A model generated the notes under the pieces. The model was not told the DNA's origin, searched no databases, and saw only the letters and a list, made by a program, of their open reading frames with translations. Shown here in pieces: positions 9,878 through 18,793 of a DNA stretch of 60,723 bases. Positions within the stretch are counted from its first letter, which is position 1. Each line of letters starts with the position of its first letter. The position numbers were made by a program, and so were the translations under genes. Origin of the DNA: a virus (taxonomy: Duplodnaviria > Caudoviricetes); the IMG/VR virus record IMGVR_UViG_3300027963_000084, positions 1 through 60,723 of that record. One strand, 5' to 3'.

Positions 9878-10360
9878 TCACGTTGCGTAGACGCTTACGG
9901 TGTCAATTAGTTGCGATGCCCAGTCGCCGGACGATGCGTTCGCCACAATAGTAAACACGTCGCCAGAGTTCCCGGTTGTGTTGCCCGAGAAATTGGACTG
10001 CCCTCCGTTTCCGCTTGTGGCAAAAGCTGTCCCGTTCTTTTTGAAACTGAAGGTCTGTCCGCTATCGGTTTCGTCTGCGCAATTGCAAGACATATAGACA
10101 GTTGTGCTAGTAGTTAGTGTGAACGTATATCGCAGCATGCCGTCTGATTCGTTGTAGTACACTGCAGCGGCGCGGGCGTATGGTGTTCCAGAAGCACCCG
10201 TTCCGCTGAACGATGCTGTGCTGCCGTTGTTCCTGGCGATTGTTAGCTTGGCAGAAGCGGCGACAGGCCAGACCTGCGTTGTCCCGAGATACACCTTGCT
10301 AACTGACGCGGTTCCCAGTTTGTAATCAGACGGTGTTGCTGTGCCGAGATTGATGCCCAA
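9878..10360 (-). CDS. Tail fibre tip/receptor-binding module
   Basis: TTG start after GGGGTGA. N-terminal KLGTASVSKVYLGTTQVWP is typical of genes that follow TLYII-ending fibre genes. Confidence 0.65.
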   Translation of the reverse strand: MGINLGTATPSDYKLGTASVSKVYLGTTQVWPVAASAKLTIARNNGSTASFSGTGASGTPYARAAAVYYNESDGMLRYTFTLTTSTTVYMSCNCADETDSGQTFSFKKNGTAFATSGNGGQSNFSGNTTGNSGDVFTIVANASSGDWASQLIDTVSVYAT

Positions 10361-10363
10361 GGC

Positions 10364-10711
10364 TCACCCCGAGATGATGTATAAGGTGCTGGCCGACTTG
10401 GAGCCGAGAGCCGTGTACGCAGCTGAAGTCAGGTAGACGATATTTGTTACCGCGTTAGCACCCGTTATGCCGGTGGTGCTGCTTGTCAGGTTTGCGGACA
10501 CAGTTCCAGATGAAACTGAGAGTCCGGCCCCAACGATCACCGTGCCCAAGGTGCTGTTCGTAGCCGCAGGAGGGGCGAACGAAGTCACCACCCCTGATCC
10601 GTTTCTGTAAAACAGCTTGCCGTCTGCTTCGTTAATTGCGATCTGTCCACTCACCAAAGTTGGCGTGTTGCCAGCCGTGGTAGAACGGAGGATTCTGACG
10701 ACATTGGCCAA
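10364..10711 (-). CDS. Tail fibre module
   Basis: TTG start directly after the upstream TAG; paralogous to 9365..9823 at both ends. Confidence 0.7.
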   Translation of the reverse strand: MANVVRILRSTTAGNTPTLVSGQIAINEADGKLFYRNGSGVVTSFAPPAATNSTLGTVIVGAGLSVSSGTVSANLTSSTTGITGANAVTNIVYLTSAAYTALGSKSASTLYIISG

Positions 10712-11485
10712 CTAAAACGTGCCCCCATCAATCGAAGAAGAAGGACTGAGATAATCGGTGTCAACAACAGCCGCGCTGTAGGCCGATCCGTTTCCTTTCA
10801 GCAACCCCGTGATTGCCGAAGTAAGCCCCAGACCGCCGTAACCAACAGCGACCGTGGTGCCCTGCCACACGCCAGTGCCAATCGTTCCGACACTCGTCAA
10901 CGAAGAACTCACAACAGCGGACCCAAGAGCCGTGGCCGTCAGGACGTTGGTCCCGTTGATCTTGTATGCCTTGCCAGTAAGGAGATTGAAATTCTCGCTG
11001 CTGGTCCAAGACGAGGTGGATGACACCCAGTTCAGTGTGTAGTCGCCGGTTCCGTGGAGAGTGATTCCGCCGCCATCCGCAGCGGCATCGGTTGTGCTGC
11101 CCTTTGCCAACTCAATGTTTTTGTCGGCAACCGACAGAGTTGTAGAAGAGATGGTGGTGGTCGTACCGTTGACAACCAAATTGCCACCGACAGTGACGTT
11201 GCCGCTGAACGAAGCACCGGACAACAAAGCGTAGTTGGCAAGCTGCGTGGATACGGCAGATGCCACGCCAGATGAGATGGCGCTGTCCACATAGGATGTT
11301 GAGGCAAACGCACCGCTACCGCCGATGGAGATGATGCTCGTTGCCGTGCCGCCAGCACCACCAGTGCCAGTGCCGTAGTACAGTATGTTTGTCTGTTCGT
11401 TGTAGCACAACTCGGCGTTAGCCAGGCTACTTGGTGCCCCAGCCCCGCTGCCACTTGCCCGTCGCTTAATACGAATCGTTGCCAT
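10712..11485 (-). CDS. Tail fibre protein
   Basis: ATG at 11485 (MATIRIKRR, TGATG overlap). GNLVVNGTTTTISSTTLSVADKNIEL and SSLTSVGTI motifs; ends IDGGTF. Confidence 0.8.
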   Translation of the reverse strand: MATIRIKRRASGSGAGAPSSLANAELCYNEQTNILYYGTGTGGAGGTATSIISIGGSGAFASTSYVDSAISSGVASAVSTQLANYALLSGASFSGNVTVGGNLVVNGTTTTISSTTLSVADKNIELAKGSTTDAAADGGGITLHGTGDYTLNWVSSTSSWTSSENFNLLTGKAYKINGTNVLTATALGSAVVSSSLTSVGTIGTGVWQGTTVAVGYGGLGLTSAITGLLKGNGSAYSAAVVDTDYLSPSSSIDGGTF

Positions 11486-11841
11486 CAGAAATTCCCTCCA
11501 TCTAAAAGTGTCGCTTCGGGGTGGTTCCGCCACTTCCCGTTCGACCAGCGCATCACATCGCCGGTCCTAATGTCTGTCATTTCCACATCGCTGGAGGACG
11601 GTAGCGAAAACCGGAGGGCCGTCAGGAGATAGGGGAGATCCTTCCACCGCGTCACCCCGTCCCCTATCTTTATTGCCCCTACACCGAATGCCCCGTCGCT
11701 GTAGCTGAATGTGTCCGCTGACGGGTCGGTGCCTGTGGGAACGTCTCGTTCGTAGCCCACCTCACCAGGCAGCAAGACGGGGTTTTTGAACAGCCATTCG
11801 GCAGACGTTCCGCGTCGAAACTGGAACTCCTTGTAGCTCAT
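11485..11841 (-). CDS. Mtd N-terminal-like (hyaluronidase N-terminal-like) domain protein
   Basis: FQFRRGTSAEW...NPVLLPGEVGYE...KIGDGVTRWKDLPY signature; ends LDGGNF. Confidence 0.8.
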   Translation of the reverse strand: MSYKEFQFRRGTSAEWLFKNPVLLPGEVGYERDVPTGTDPSADTFSYSDGAFGVGAIKIGDGVTRWKDLPYLLTALRFSLPSSSDVEMTDIRTGDVMRWSNGKWRNHPEATLLDGGNF

Positions 11842-12371
11842 ACCCCACGCCCCTTTGGCCGATAGGCATGCTTCTCAATTACTCGCTCGCGGAGATCCGC
11901 AGTTTTGGCAGACGGCGTTAGCCGTTTCTCACGGGCGATCTCTTCCCTGAGAATCTTGTCGCTGATCAGCTTTCGCTTTGGTGCTGCGGGGCCGGGGTCA
12001 TAGTTCACCGTGCCGCTGACATGGAGGCGACGGGCTTGGGCAACTTTGAGGATCTCGTCATTGCTAGACACCCATGCCTTGGGATCACGCCAGCCACGCT
12101 TGTCAGCCAATCCGCCCACGTAGTATTTGCCAGAGATGCTTACACCGGCCTTCGTCGCCTCGGCCACAACGTACTTGGCCTGACGCTCTGGCATGTCGTC
12201 CAGCTGCTGGTTGTTCATCCGGCCTTCCATAAATGCACGGTCTGTACCGGAAGTTCCCGGGGCGACCTGCATCGCCACCATGGTCGCCCACTTCTCACCG
12301 TAGGGCAGGGCACGCTTGTACGTGGCGATGGCTTCTTCGCCAGCGCGCTTAACTTCAACCGGGATTTCCAT
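11838..12371 (-). CDS. Hypothetical protein
   Basis: Likely start MEIPVEV at 12371, overlapping the portal 3' end; stop overlaps the next start. Confidence 0.7.
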   Translation of the reverse strand: MEIPVEVKRAGEEAIATYKRALPYGEKWATMVAMQVAPGTSGTDRAFMEGRMNNQQLDDMPERQAKYVVAEATKAGVSISGKYYVGGLADKRGWRDPKAWVSSNDEILKVAQARRLHVSGTVNYDPGPAAPKRKLISDKILREEIAREKRLTPSAKTADLRERVIEKHAYRPKGRGV

Positions 12372-14361
12372 TTGGCGGTCCTTGCGGTGGGGGCTGCGGC
12401 GGTCCTCCCTGTGGCGGCGCACCAGGGGGAGGCGGAGGAGGAGGCGGAACCATATAGCGGCTCACGTCCACGTTTAGTGCCTTGCCCCAGTCCTCCAACA
12501 AGGCATTGAATAGCTCTGGCCGACCGGCTTGTAGCATGCCCTGACTGACAGGAGCGAGGATCTGCATTGCGTTGGTGATGTTCTCAACGCGGGTTGCGTT
12601 GTTTGGCTTCTTCACCGAACCGGCTTCAACGCGGTACGAATACTCGCGCACCACCGACTCCGGGTCTTCGCCCTGCACATGCATCTGCCACGCTTGCGCA
12701 GCCATTGGCCCCAGCATCGGAGCAACGTCCTGCGGGCCAATCAACCACCGCGCCAACAGCGCTTCCTTGCGGGCACAGAGCGACAGCGCGTCTTCCAAGA
12801 TGTTTGCATAATCGTCGGGCCTGACCGAAATTTGCTCCGCTTTCACCTGCGCTTCTGCAGCTGACCGGAACTGATTCCTGGTCATACCATAAATGAGTTC
12901 TGTCAAACCCACGCGGCGGTCGAAAAGCGCGGTGACCTCTGAGATAATCTGATACATGTCGGACGTGACACCGGGCATCTGGAAGACCGATATCACATCG
13001 TTGACAGACCGACCAACTGCCTCGGCAATTTCTACGATCTTAAAGCCGCCTTCATCCTTTTCCAAAATCTTAGCTTTTAGGTCTGGGTCTGCAGATTTCG
13101 CTACACCAATCAGCACCTGTGCGCTGGTGGCAATGCGCGTAGCAAGGAAGCTCATCGCCCAATTAATAAATCGAAGCTCACCAATACCGGGCCGGATCAG
13201 ACTGATTGGCCAGCTGTAACCGGGCTTGCCATGCAGGGAGTACAATGTGAACGGCCAGCCATTCGGCTCAGCCCAAAAGGGGATCGGCCATTGCGATGCC
13301 ATAAACATCGCCTGCGACACACCCGTATCGTCCACTTCGTCCTTCAGCAACTCTTCCGGCATGTTCAAAGGGTGGTCCACGCCTTCTGCCACAACGATGT
13401 AGCAGTTGGGTCCGAACGCATCAAACTTGCCGCGCAGGTCTTTGTCGGCATTCTTCAGCCGGTCACCAAACCCCGTCTTAGAATAAATCTCCCAGTAGAT
13501 GATCATATCGTTGGTCTTGCCCAACTTGCGCTTGTACTCAAAGCCGCGCTCGTTGTTGTCACCACGGGAAGCGTAGCTCTCCAAATGACCTTTCAGATCC
13601 TCACGGTTCAGACCGAACTTTGCAGCTACCTCATCGACTGGCTGCACTCGCTTGCGAGCGGCCCAGCGGATATCAGAAAAGTCGTCCGCATCGGGATCCC
13701 AGACTAGGTTGTCGATGGTGTCGTAGAAGGAACCCGCCATCTTTGTCTGTGAGCCTGGGGCGGAATAAAGCTCATGCCACCAGACACCAGCACCCTTAAT
13801 GAACGCTTCTTCAACCACCTTGCGGGAGTGGCCTTTGAGGTCCAGTTCGTTGGGGGTGTAGTTCAGATAGTCTTCCAAGAGGCGGGAGACGAGCTTTCGC
13901 TTCTCCAGCATTTCCTGCTGCTGCTGGAGTCCCTGCTGGTACATCTGGACCCCGGGATCGGGCATCATCACCGGCTGGCCATCGGGGCCGATGATGGGCT
14001 GACCGTCTGGCCCCATTGCTGGAACCGGGGGCTGTGGCTGAATGCCAAGCAGCGCCGGTCCAATGATGGGGTACTCCTTGGGGGTAACGGCCCGGTTGGG
14101 GTTGCGGTGATGGATGACTGCCGTGAAGAGCCGGACTGCTTCCCAAACACGGTTGACCTGCATGCGAAACGCAGGTGGGGTCATACCCTTGTTGTAGCCG
14201 CGCTCGCCCCGGGCATACCCGTCCTTCCACATAAAGTCCGGGTCACCCGCAAAGAAGTTCATCGCCTCGTCACCGTCTTCGGTGAACGGCTTCTTATGAG
14301 ACTGGGCCTGCTTAATGCATTCCAGCCAGCGGGCTACGATGGGGCGAAGCGGCTTTTCCAT
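12355..14361 (-). CDS. Portal protein
   Basis: 668 aa, downstream of terL. Helical, with SAAEAQ and YRVEAGS motifs and a Pro/Gln-rich tail as in podovirus-type portals; GGAG RBS. Confidence 0.8.
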   Translation of the reverse strand: MEKPLRPIVARWLECIKQAQSHKKPFTEDGDEAMNFFAGDPDFMWKDGYARGERGYNKGMTPPAFRMQVNRVWEAVRLFTAVIHHRNPNRAVTPKEYPIIGPALLGIQPQPPVPAMGPDGQPIIGPDGQPVMMPDPGVQMYQQGLQQQQEMLEKRKLVSRLLEDYLNYTPNELDLKGHSRKVVEEAFIKGAGVWWHELYSAPGSQTKMAGSFYDTIDNLVWDPDADDFSDIRWAARKRVQPVDEVAAKFGLNREDLKGHLESYASRGDNNERGFEYKRKLGKTNDMIIYWEIYSKTGFGDRLKNADKDLRGKFDAFGPNCYIVVAEGVDHPLNMPEELLKDEVDDTGVSQAMFMASQWPIPFWAEPNGWPFTLYSLHGKPGYSWPISLIRPGIGELRFINWAMSFLATRIATSAQVLIGVAKSADPDLKAKILEKDEGGFKIVEIAEAVGRSVNDVISVFQMPGVTSDMYQIISEVTALFDRRVGLTELIYGMTRNQFRSAAEAQVKAEQISVRPDDYANILEDALSLCARKEALLARWLIGPQDVAPMLGPMAAQAWQMHVQGEDPESVVREYSYRVEAGSVKKPNNATRVENITNAMQILAPVSQGMLQAGRPELFNALLEDWGKALNVDVSRYMVPPPPPPPPGAPPQGGPPQPPPQGPPNGNPG

Positions 14362-14369
14362 GGATACTC

Positions 14370-14385
14370 CTATAGGTAAGTGCCC
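14370..14385 (-). promoter_or_regulatory. Candidate late-promoter motif GGGCACTTACCTATAG
   Basis: Intergenic, upstream of the portal; similar motifs at 22516, 27146, 41784 and 59972. Confidence 0.55.
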
Positions 14386-14702
14386 TACTTACCCCTACGG
14401 GATTCCAGATCGGCCACCTTCCGCTCCAGAACAGCCACTTTCTCGCTGAGAATGGCGTTCTTCTGAGGCTTGTGTTCCCAGAACCCGTAATCGCCCCACG
14501 CCGGGAAGTCGTTCACGCCCGGGTCGGTGGTGTGGTGGACCGACTGCTTCTCAACCCCGCCGTACCCCGGGGCGACCGCCCACAGCGTTAGGGTCCGCGA
14601 GGCCGCTTTCGTCACCATAGCCGGGACAACATCCGCGTCTTTGTGGGCACGGAACAAAACCCAGTCACCCACCTCGGCGGTAGGCATTACATAATCACTC
14701 AT
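14385..14702 (-). CDS. Hypothetical protein
   Basis: ATGA-coupled to the terL stop. Confidence 0.75.
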   Translation of the reverse strand: MSDYVMPTAEVGDWVLFRAHKDADVVPAMVTKAASRTLTLWAVAPGYGGVEKQSVHHTTDPGVNDFPAWGDYGFWEHKPQKNAILSEKVAVLERKVADLESRRGK

Positions 14703-17263
14703 CGTCGGCTCCCCATTGGTCCCAAGATAATGCAGTTGTCTTCGGACGACTGCGACCTGCGGCGTTTATCCGCCAGGTATTTCACCCACCACGGATCTGG
14801 ACCGTAGGTTTTCGGTGGCGGGTGGTATTTCGGCTCATAGGCGCAGAGGTACTCCACGCACTGACAGGCGTGGACTTCCCCTCGGCTTTGCGGTTCGTCG
14901 GTCACGTATATCTGACCATTGACGGTGGTCGTCTTTTTGCGGTAGCGGCGGATCTCCCGCATCAGATTGGGGCAGGTGCCCTCCAAGAACTTCAGCCTGG
15001 TGGTCCCGTCCCCACGGACGTGGAGCATCTGCCGGACGAGCGCGGTGCGGGCCGGAATGTCGTCGGACCCAGGCATAAACCCAAACCCGCTGATCTGGGC
15101 GCGGATGTTCCGCTTCTTTAGCTCTTCAGAATAAAGCTCATGCGGTAGCCGACCAGACCCCAAGTCACGGAGCATGCCGCCGTGCATGTCCATTATGAAG
15201 TTGTAGTAATGCTGTCCATCGGCCTTCTGGGCGAACTGCTCGCCAAAGATGAGAGAGTTTGCCTGCCGGATATAGAGTTCGTCGTAGATCAGAAGAAACT
15301 TCTCGTCTGGCGGCACTGCTCCAAATATGCAGGCAAGGACCGTGTGGCCCGGGTCAATTGCTACGTACTTCGTCCAGTCTGATGGAACTTGCCCAGCGGG
15401 TAGATCCTCTCGCCGCAGTACATGCACCGCTGGATTGAACGTCGGGTACATAAGCGTGGACTCTGTGGTGAACTCGCCTTCGGCGCGCATCCGAAGCTCG
15501 TCCATCCCCAAGGCAGACCACCGTTCAATGTTCTTCTTCTTTTCCTCTTGGTCAATGTGGGCGTTATCCAAAAACCGCAGGGTGAACTTCTTAATGATTG
15601 GGTTCTCACGCCCCTCTTCCTCTGCCTTGTCCGCACGTTCACACAACCCCAGCAGCGCATCGTTTTGAGAATGTGGCATAGCCGACCAAACAAACCGGCC
15701 TTTGCGGTCGGCAAGCCTCGCCTGCATTTCTCCCACCCATCGCTCGTTGTTAATATCCTCATCAATATGTACCAAGTCGGCTTGGAAACCTTGTGGGGGT
15801 TCGCCCTCTGAAGAGAAGCAATTAATAGTCCAACCGTTAGTTAGCTCGCACTTATTGAGGTAACTGGCGTTCTTCAGCACCCAACTCATATCCTTTATCA
15901 TCCGGGGCGGGATGAGGGGCGGAGCCGGTTTCGCCTTGGAGACATCGTCTTGCCCAGGCCGGAAAGCTCTCCACTGACCTGTCGTCTCGTCCTTTATCAT
16001 TTTGAACGCGCCCGCCCGAAACAGCATCGGCACCACCACCAGTCCTATGTGGGGCCAGTTCCGGCCTACTATCACCAGATTCCCGCCCTCCTTCGGATAT
16101 TTCCCGTATGGGTCTTGTCCGGTGGCTGCGCGTGCATCCTCTATGAAACTTGCGGCGCTCTTGCCCGAGTTGTGGTTGGGCACCCCGGCGATGAGGTAGT
16201 TGTGATAACCGAACACCTCTATGTCCCATATTTCTCCTTGCCCTAAATACTCGCAGGAGGTAATATACACATGTTCATTACCCCCCGAAGGAGCATTGCA
16301 TGGGTCGTCACAATAAGATCGACTGGCCGGTTGAGCAGTTAAGAACGTGGTATGAGGTTGAGCGCAAAACAGTGGTTCAGATAGGTGAACTGATGGGCGT
16401 GAGTTCAAAGGCTGTGAATAAGGCTTGCAAGCGTCTTGGCTTTCAGATGCGCCGCCGGGGGCCGAAAAATGGCGCGGAACATCCTTGCTGGAAGGGTGGC
16501 CGCACAGTGGACAAGGGCGGATACATTCTTCTGTATGTGCCAGATCACCCAAACTGCAACAGCAACGGCTATGTGCGAGAGCATCGGATCGTTTGCGAAC
16601 GTGTCCTTGGACGGCCTTTGTTGCCGTCTGAAGTAGTTCATCACAAGAACGACGATCCTTCCGATAATAGGCCCGAGAACCTCCAACTGTACGACTCAAA
16701 CGCAGATCACCTTCGGGAGACACTTGCAGGAAAATGCCCTCAGTGGAGCGAGGAAGGGAAGCAGCGAATTCTGGAGTCAATAAACTCCAGATCGACTTCC
16801 ATTGACCGGAGGCAGCTAGCACAAGGTGGTCGCGCGTACAACGAATCTCCCCTCCATTGCTCAGGCGAAACGCATAAAGGTCGCCCCAGCCCTTAACGAA
16901 GGGCGCTGTTGCCTGCCCGCCAACAACCTCCCCTTTACACAAAGCCTCCACCCAGAAGCCGCTATTGATCTCGCTGACAGTGCGGTGTTTTTGGGTCAGC
17001 GGGTCATAGATTTTTTGGTCGCCAGCCAAGCACCGATTGCCGCCGATCAGAAGGCGTTCGCTCGCCATGCACTTGTGGAACTCCTCCTGCTTGGGCATGG
17101 GGACATACAGACGCAGAGCTTCGATCCTGCGCTCTGCCAGTTCAATCTGCACATCCCGCAGCTGATTCAACGCATGCTGCGTGATGCCTTGGACCGCAGG
17201 CTCGTCAGGTGGGGGCGGCGCTGGGATCTGTGGGTGTTTTCTCATATTCTCCGCAGTAGTCAC
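14699..17263 (-). CDS. terL: Terminase large subunit, intein-containing
   Basis: Walker A GGNR/SGKS split by the intein; Walker B LVHIDE; nuclease motifs VAIDPG and IYDELY. Confidence 0.95.
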   Translation of the reverse strand: MTTAENMRKHPQIPAPPPPDEPAVQGITQHALNQLRDVQIELAERRIEALRLYVPMPKQEEFHKCMASERLLIGGNRCLAGDQKIYDPLTQKHRTVSEINSGFWVEALCKGEVVGGQATAPFVKGWGDLYAFRLSNGGEIRCTRDHLVLAASGQWKSIWSLLTPEFAASLPRSTEGIFLQVSPEGDLRLSRTVGGSRAYYRKDRRSCDELLQTATKAVQGHVRKRSDALAHSRCCCSLGDLAHTEECIRPCPLCGHPSSKDVPRHFSAPGGASESQDACKPYSQPLNSRPSVHLSEPLFCAQPHTTFLTAQPASRSYCDDPCNAPSGGNEHVYITSCEYLGQGEIWDIEVFGYHNYLIAGVPNHNSGKSAASFIEDARAATGQDPYGKYPKEGGNLVIVGRNWPHIGLVVVPMLFRAGAFKMIKDETTGQWRAFRPGQDDVSKAKPAPPLIPPRMIKDMSWVLKNASYLNKCELTNGWTINCFSSEGEPPQGFQADLVHIDEDINNERWVGEMQARLADRKGRFVWSAMPHSQNDALLGLCERADKAEEEGRENPIIKKFTLRFLDNAHIDQEEKKKNIERWSALGMDELRMRAEGEFTTESTLMYPTFNPAVHVLRREDLPAGQVPSDWTKYVAIDPGHTVLACIFGAVPPDEKFLLIYDELYIRQANSLIFGEQFAQKADGQHYYNFIMDMHGGMLRDLGSGRLPHELYSEELKKRNIRAQISGFGFMPGSDDIPARTALVRQMLHVRGDGTTRLKFLEGTCPNLMREIRRYRKKTTTVNGQIYVTDEPQSRGEVHACQCVEYLCAYEPKYHPPPKTYGPDPWWVKYLADKRRRSQSSEDNCIILGPMGSRR
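16238..16266 (+). promoter_or_regulatory. Candidate sigma70-type promoter for the antisense HNH gene
   Basis: TTGCCC-17 bp-TAATAT, ending 33 bp before ATG 16300; RBS GAAGGAG at 16287-16293. Confidence 0.5.
16300..16896 (+). CDS. HNH homing endonuclease with N-terminal HTH, antisense and nested within the intein
   Basis: HTH-like TVVQIGELMGVSSKAVNKACKRLG; HPCWKGG; YVREHRIV...EVVHHKNDDPSDNRPENL HNH core; strong RBS at 6 nt spacing. Confidence 0.92.
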   Translation: MGRHNKIDWPVEQLRTWYEVERKTVVQIGELMGVSSKAVNKACKRLGFQMRRRGPKNGAEHPCWKGGRTVDKGGYILLYVPDHPNCNSNGYVREHRIVCERVLGRPLLPSEVVHHKNDDPSDNRPENLQLYDSNADHLRETLAGKCPQWSEEGKQRILESINSRSTSIDRRQLAQGGRAYNESPLHCSGETHKGRPSP

Positions 17264-17895
17264 TCAGCATTGTCGTCGGCTGAGTGTCCTCTTCCTGCGT
17301 CACTTGCGGTGGGTAGCGGTGGCACTTCCCGAACCGGGACTTCGGTCCCACTGGCTCCCACCATCGGCATGTTTGACACTCCATGCTGTATCTCCTTCAA
17401 AGGGATTCCTTGGACCGTGATCGTTGTGGCCGCTTCCAAAATGCGGTCGCGTAGCTCGTCTTCCAACTCCTCTTCAGTCCAAGCTGTGAGGGGTTTCTTG
17501 GCTCCGCCCATCGCTGTGTTGGCAGAGACGAGCCGGACTACAGTGTCCAGCATCTTGGTGCGGAACGCGCCGCCGGAAGGGGAGTCGAACAGCTGCTTCA
17601 TATAGCAGTTGGCAAACCCTCTCACCCCGCCGAAGTATTCCATCAGAACCTCCAAGAGTTCTGACGAATGCGGGATGTTGGCTCCGCCGATGCGGGCCGA
17701 AGCGATGAACAGATCCACCGCGCCCTTCTCAATCTCCGCGAGTTTCTTGTTGCCCTTTTTCTTACGAACCTTCTTCTCATGGGCATTGCGGCACTTGCGA
17801 CACCGCGCGTGGAACCCATCCTTTGACTTATGCCAGTTCGCCTGGGTCAACTCATAAGAGTGACCGCACTGGATGCATGCCTTGTATTCAGCCAA
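17260..17895 (-). CDS. Zn-finger protein, positional candidate for terminase small subunit
   Basis: CIQC...CRKC N-terminus; directly upstream of and coupled to terL. Function inferred from position only. Confidence 0.5.
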   Translation of the reverse strand: MAEYKACIQCGHSYELTQANWHKSKDGFHARCRKCRNAHEKKVRKKKGNKKLAEIEKGAVDLFIASARIGGANIPHSSELLEVLMEYFGGVRGFANCYMKQLFDSPSGGAFRTKMLDTVVRLVSANTAMGGAKKPLTAWTEEELEDELRDRILEAATTITVQGIPLKEIQHGVSNMPMVGASGTEVPVREVPPLPTASDAGRGHSADDNAE

Positions 17896-18769
17896 TGGTC
17901 GGTTTCGCTGGTCGGTAATCCCACTTGGGTCGAAGGTCCATCATCTTCACGCCGCTGTCGCACTTAGCCTCCCAGCAGCTCCGAAGTTTTTCACTTACAC
18001 CCTTTGCGTCAATGGCCACGGGCTTGCCAACGCACTTGGGTTTCCAGTGACCAGCCCAAGCATCCCAGTTGCAGAAGACTGGGCAGTAACCAAGACGCTG
18101 GGTGCCGACCAAAGAAATATCCCTGGTCATCGTCACGTCTTCTGTAGATGCCTTGTGCGCTGCGTACTTGTCCGACCACTCATAGTAGAACCACGGTTTG
18201 TCTGCTTCGGTCTGCGGCTCCGTAAGCTCAAACACCCGCATGTCGTACATAATCAGACCAGTAGGAAGGGCGGCGCATTCTTGGATGCCAGCCATCTTTA
18301 TGGCTGTGTGCCTGTCGTACATCTCCAACTGAAAGTCTGGGTTGGGGTTGTCGTTCTGGTGGTTCTGCCACCGGAAGACATAGACGCACTCAGCGGGCGG
18401 CGGGCCACAGTAGGGGGCACCGATGACCACTGGCCCCTTCTGGTAATGGTCTACCAAGAAATCGAAGGACGACTGAAAGAAAGGCTTTGATCCTTCCGCA
18501 GTCACCAGCATGTCTGGCTTCATATCGGAATCGACCATCACCAGAACATCACACCCATATTCCCGCGCCATTAGAACGGCGCGGTTGCGGGTCATAGTGA
18601 TTGGCGTGTCGGCCAGGTTCCAGATGCGGATGTCTTGGATGCGAGGATCTTTGCTCGCCTCCGACACCATGGGCACCATCCATTCCCTAATGTCGGGAAC
18701 TTCAGAACTGATGCCTCCATTGCCGCCGTAACTGAACGTACAAATACCGACCGTGTATTTCTGCTGCAT
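17888..18769 (-). CDS. GT-A fold (family 2-like) glycosyltransferase
   Basis: TRNRAV...DVLVMVDSD (DxD) and TED motifs; ATG at 18769 after GAGGTG. Confidence 0.75.
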   Translation of the reverse strand: MQQKYTVGICTFSYGGNGGISSEVPDIREWMVPMVSEASKDPRIQDIRIWNLADTPITMTRNRAVLMAREYGCDVLVMVDSDMKPDMLVTAEGSKPFFQSSFDFLVDHYQKGPVVIGAPYCGPPPAECVYVFRWQNHQNDNPNPDFQLEMYDRHTAIKMAGIQECAALPTGLIMYDMRVFELTEPQTEADKPWFYYEWSDKYAAHKASTEDVTMTRDISLVGTQRLGYCPVFCNWDAWAGHWKPKCVGKPVAIDAKGVSEKLRSCWEAKCDSGVKMMDLRPKWDYRPAKPTIG

Positions 18770-18793
18770 TGTCACCTCGGGGGATGGTGATCT

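Larger units (their letters stand above)
16169..17032 (-). mobile_element. Class 1 intein (288 aa) in the TerL Walker A loop
   Basis: Cys1 CLAGDQKI; block B CTRDHLVL; block F IWDIEV..YHNY; terminal His-Asn followed by Ser(+1). Removal restores GGNRSGKS. Confidence 0.95.

Noticed and set aside
9365-11485. Genome-wide stop-codon reassignment
   Set aside because: Conserved genes are intact under code 11, TGA/TAG/TAA all end genes at sensible coupled junctions, and no suppressor tRNA was seen.
16826-17605. 259-aa plus-strand ORF next to the antisense HNH
   Set aside because: No motif or RBS; it appears to be a shadow of terL and the upstream gene, unlike the HNH ORF.
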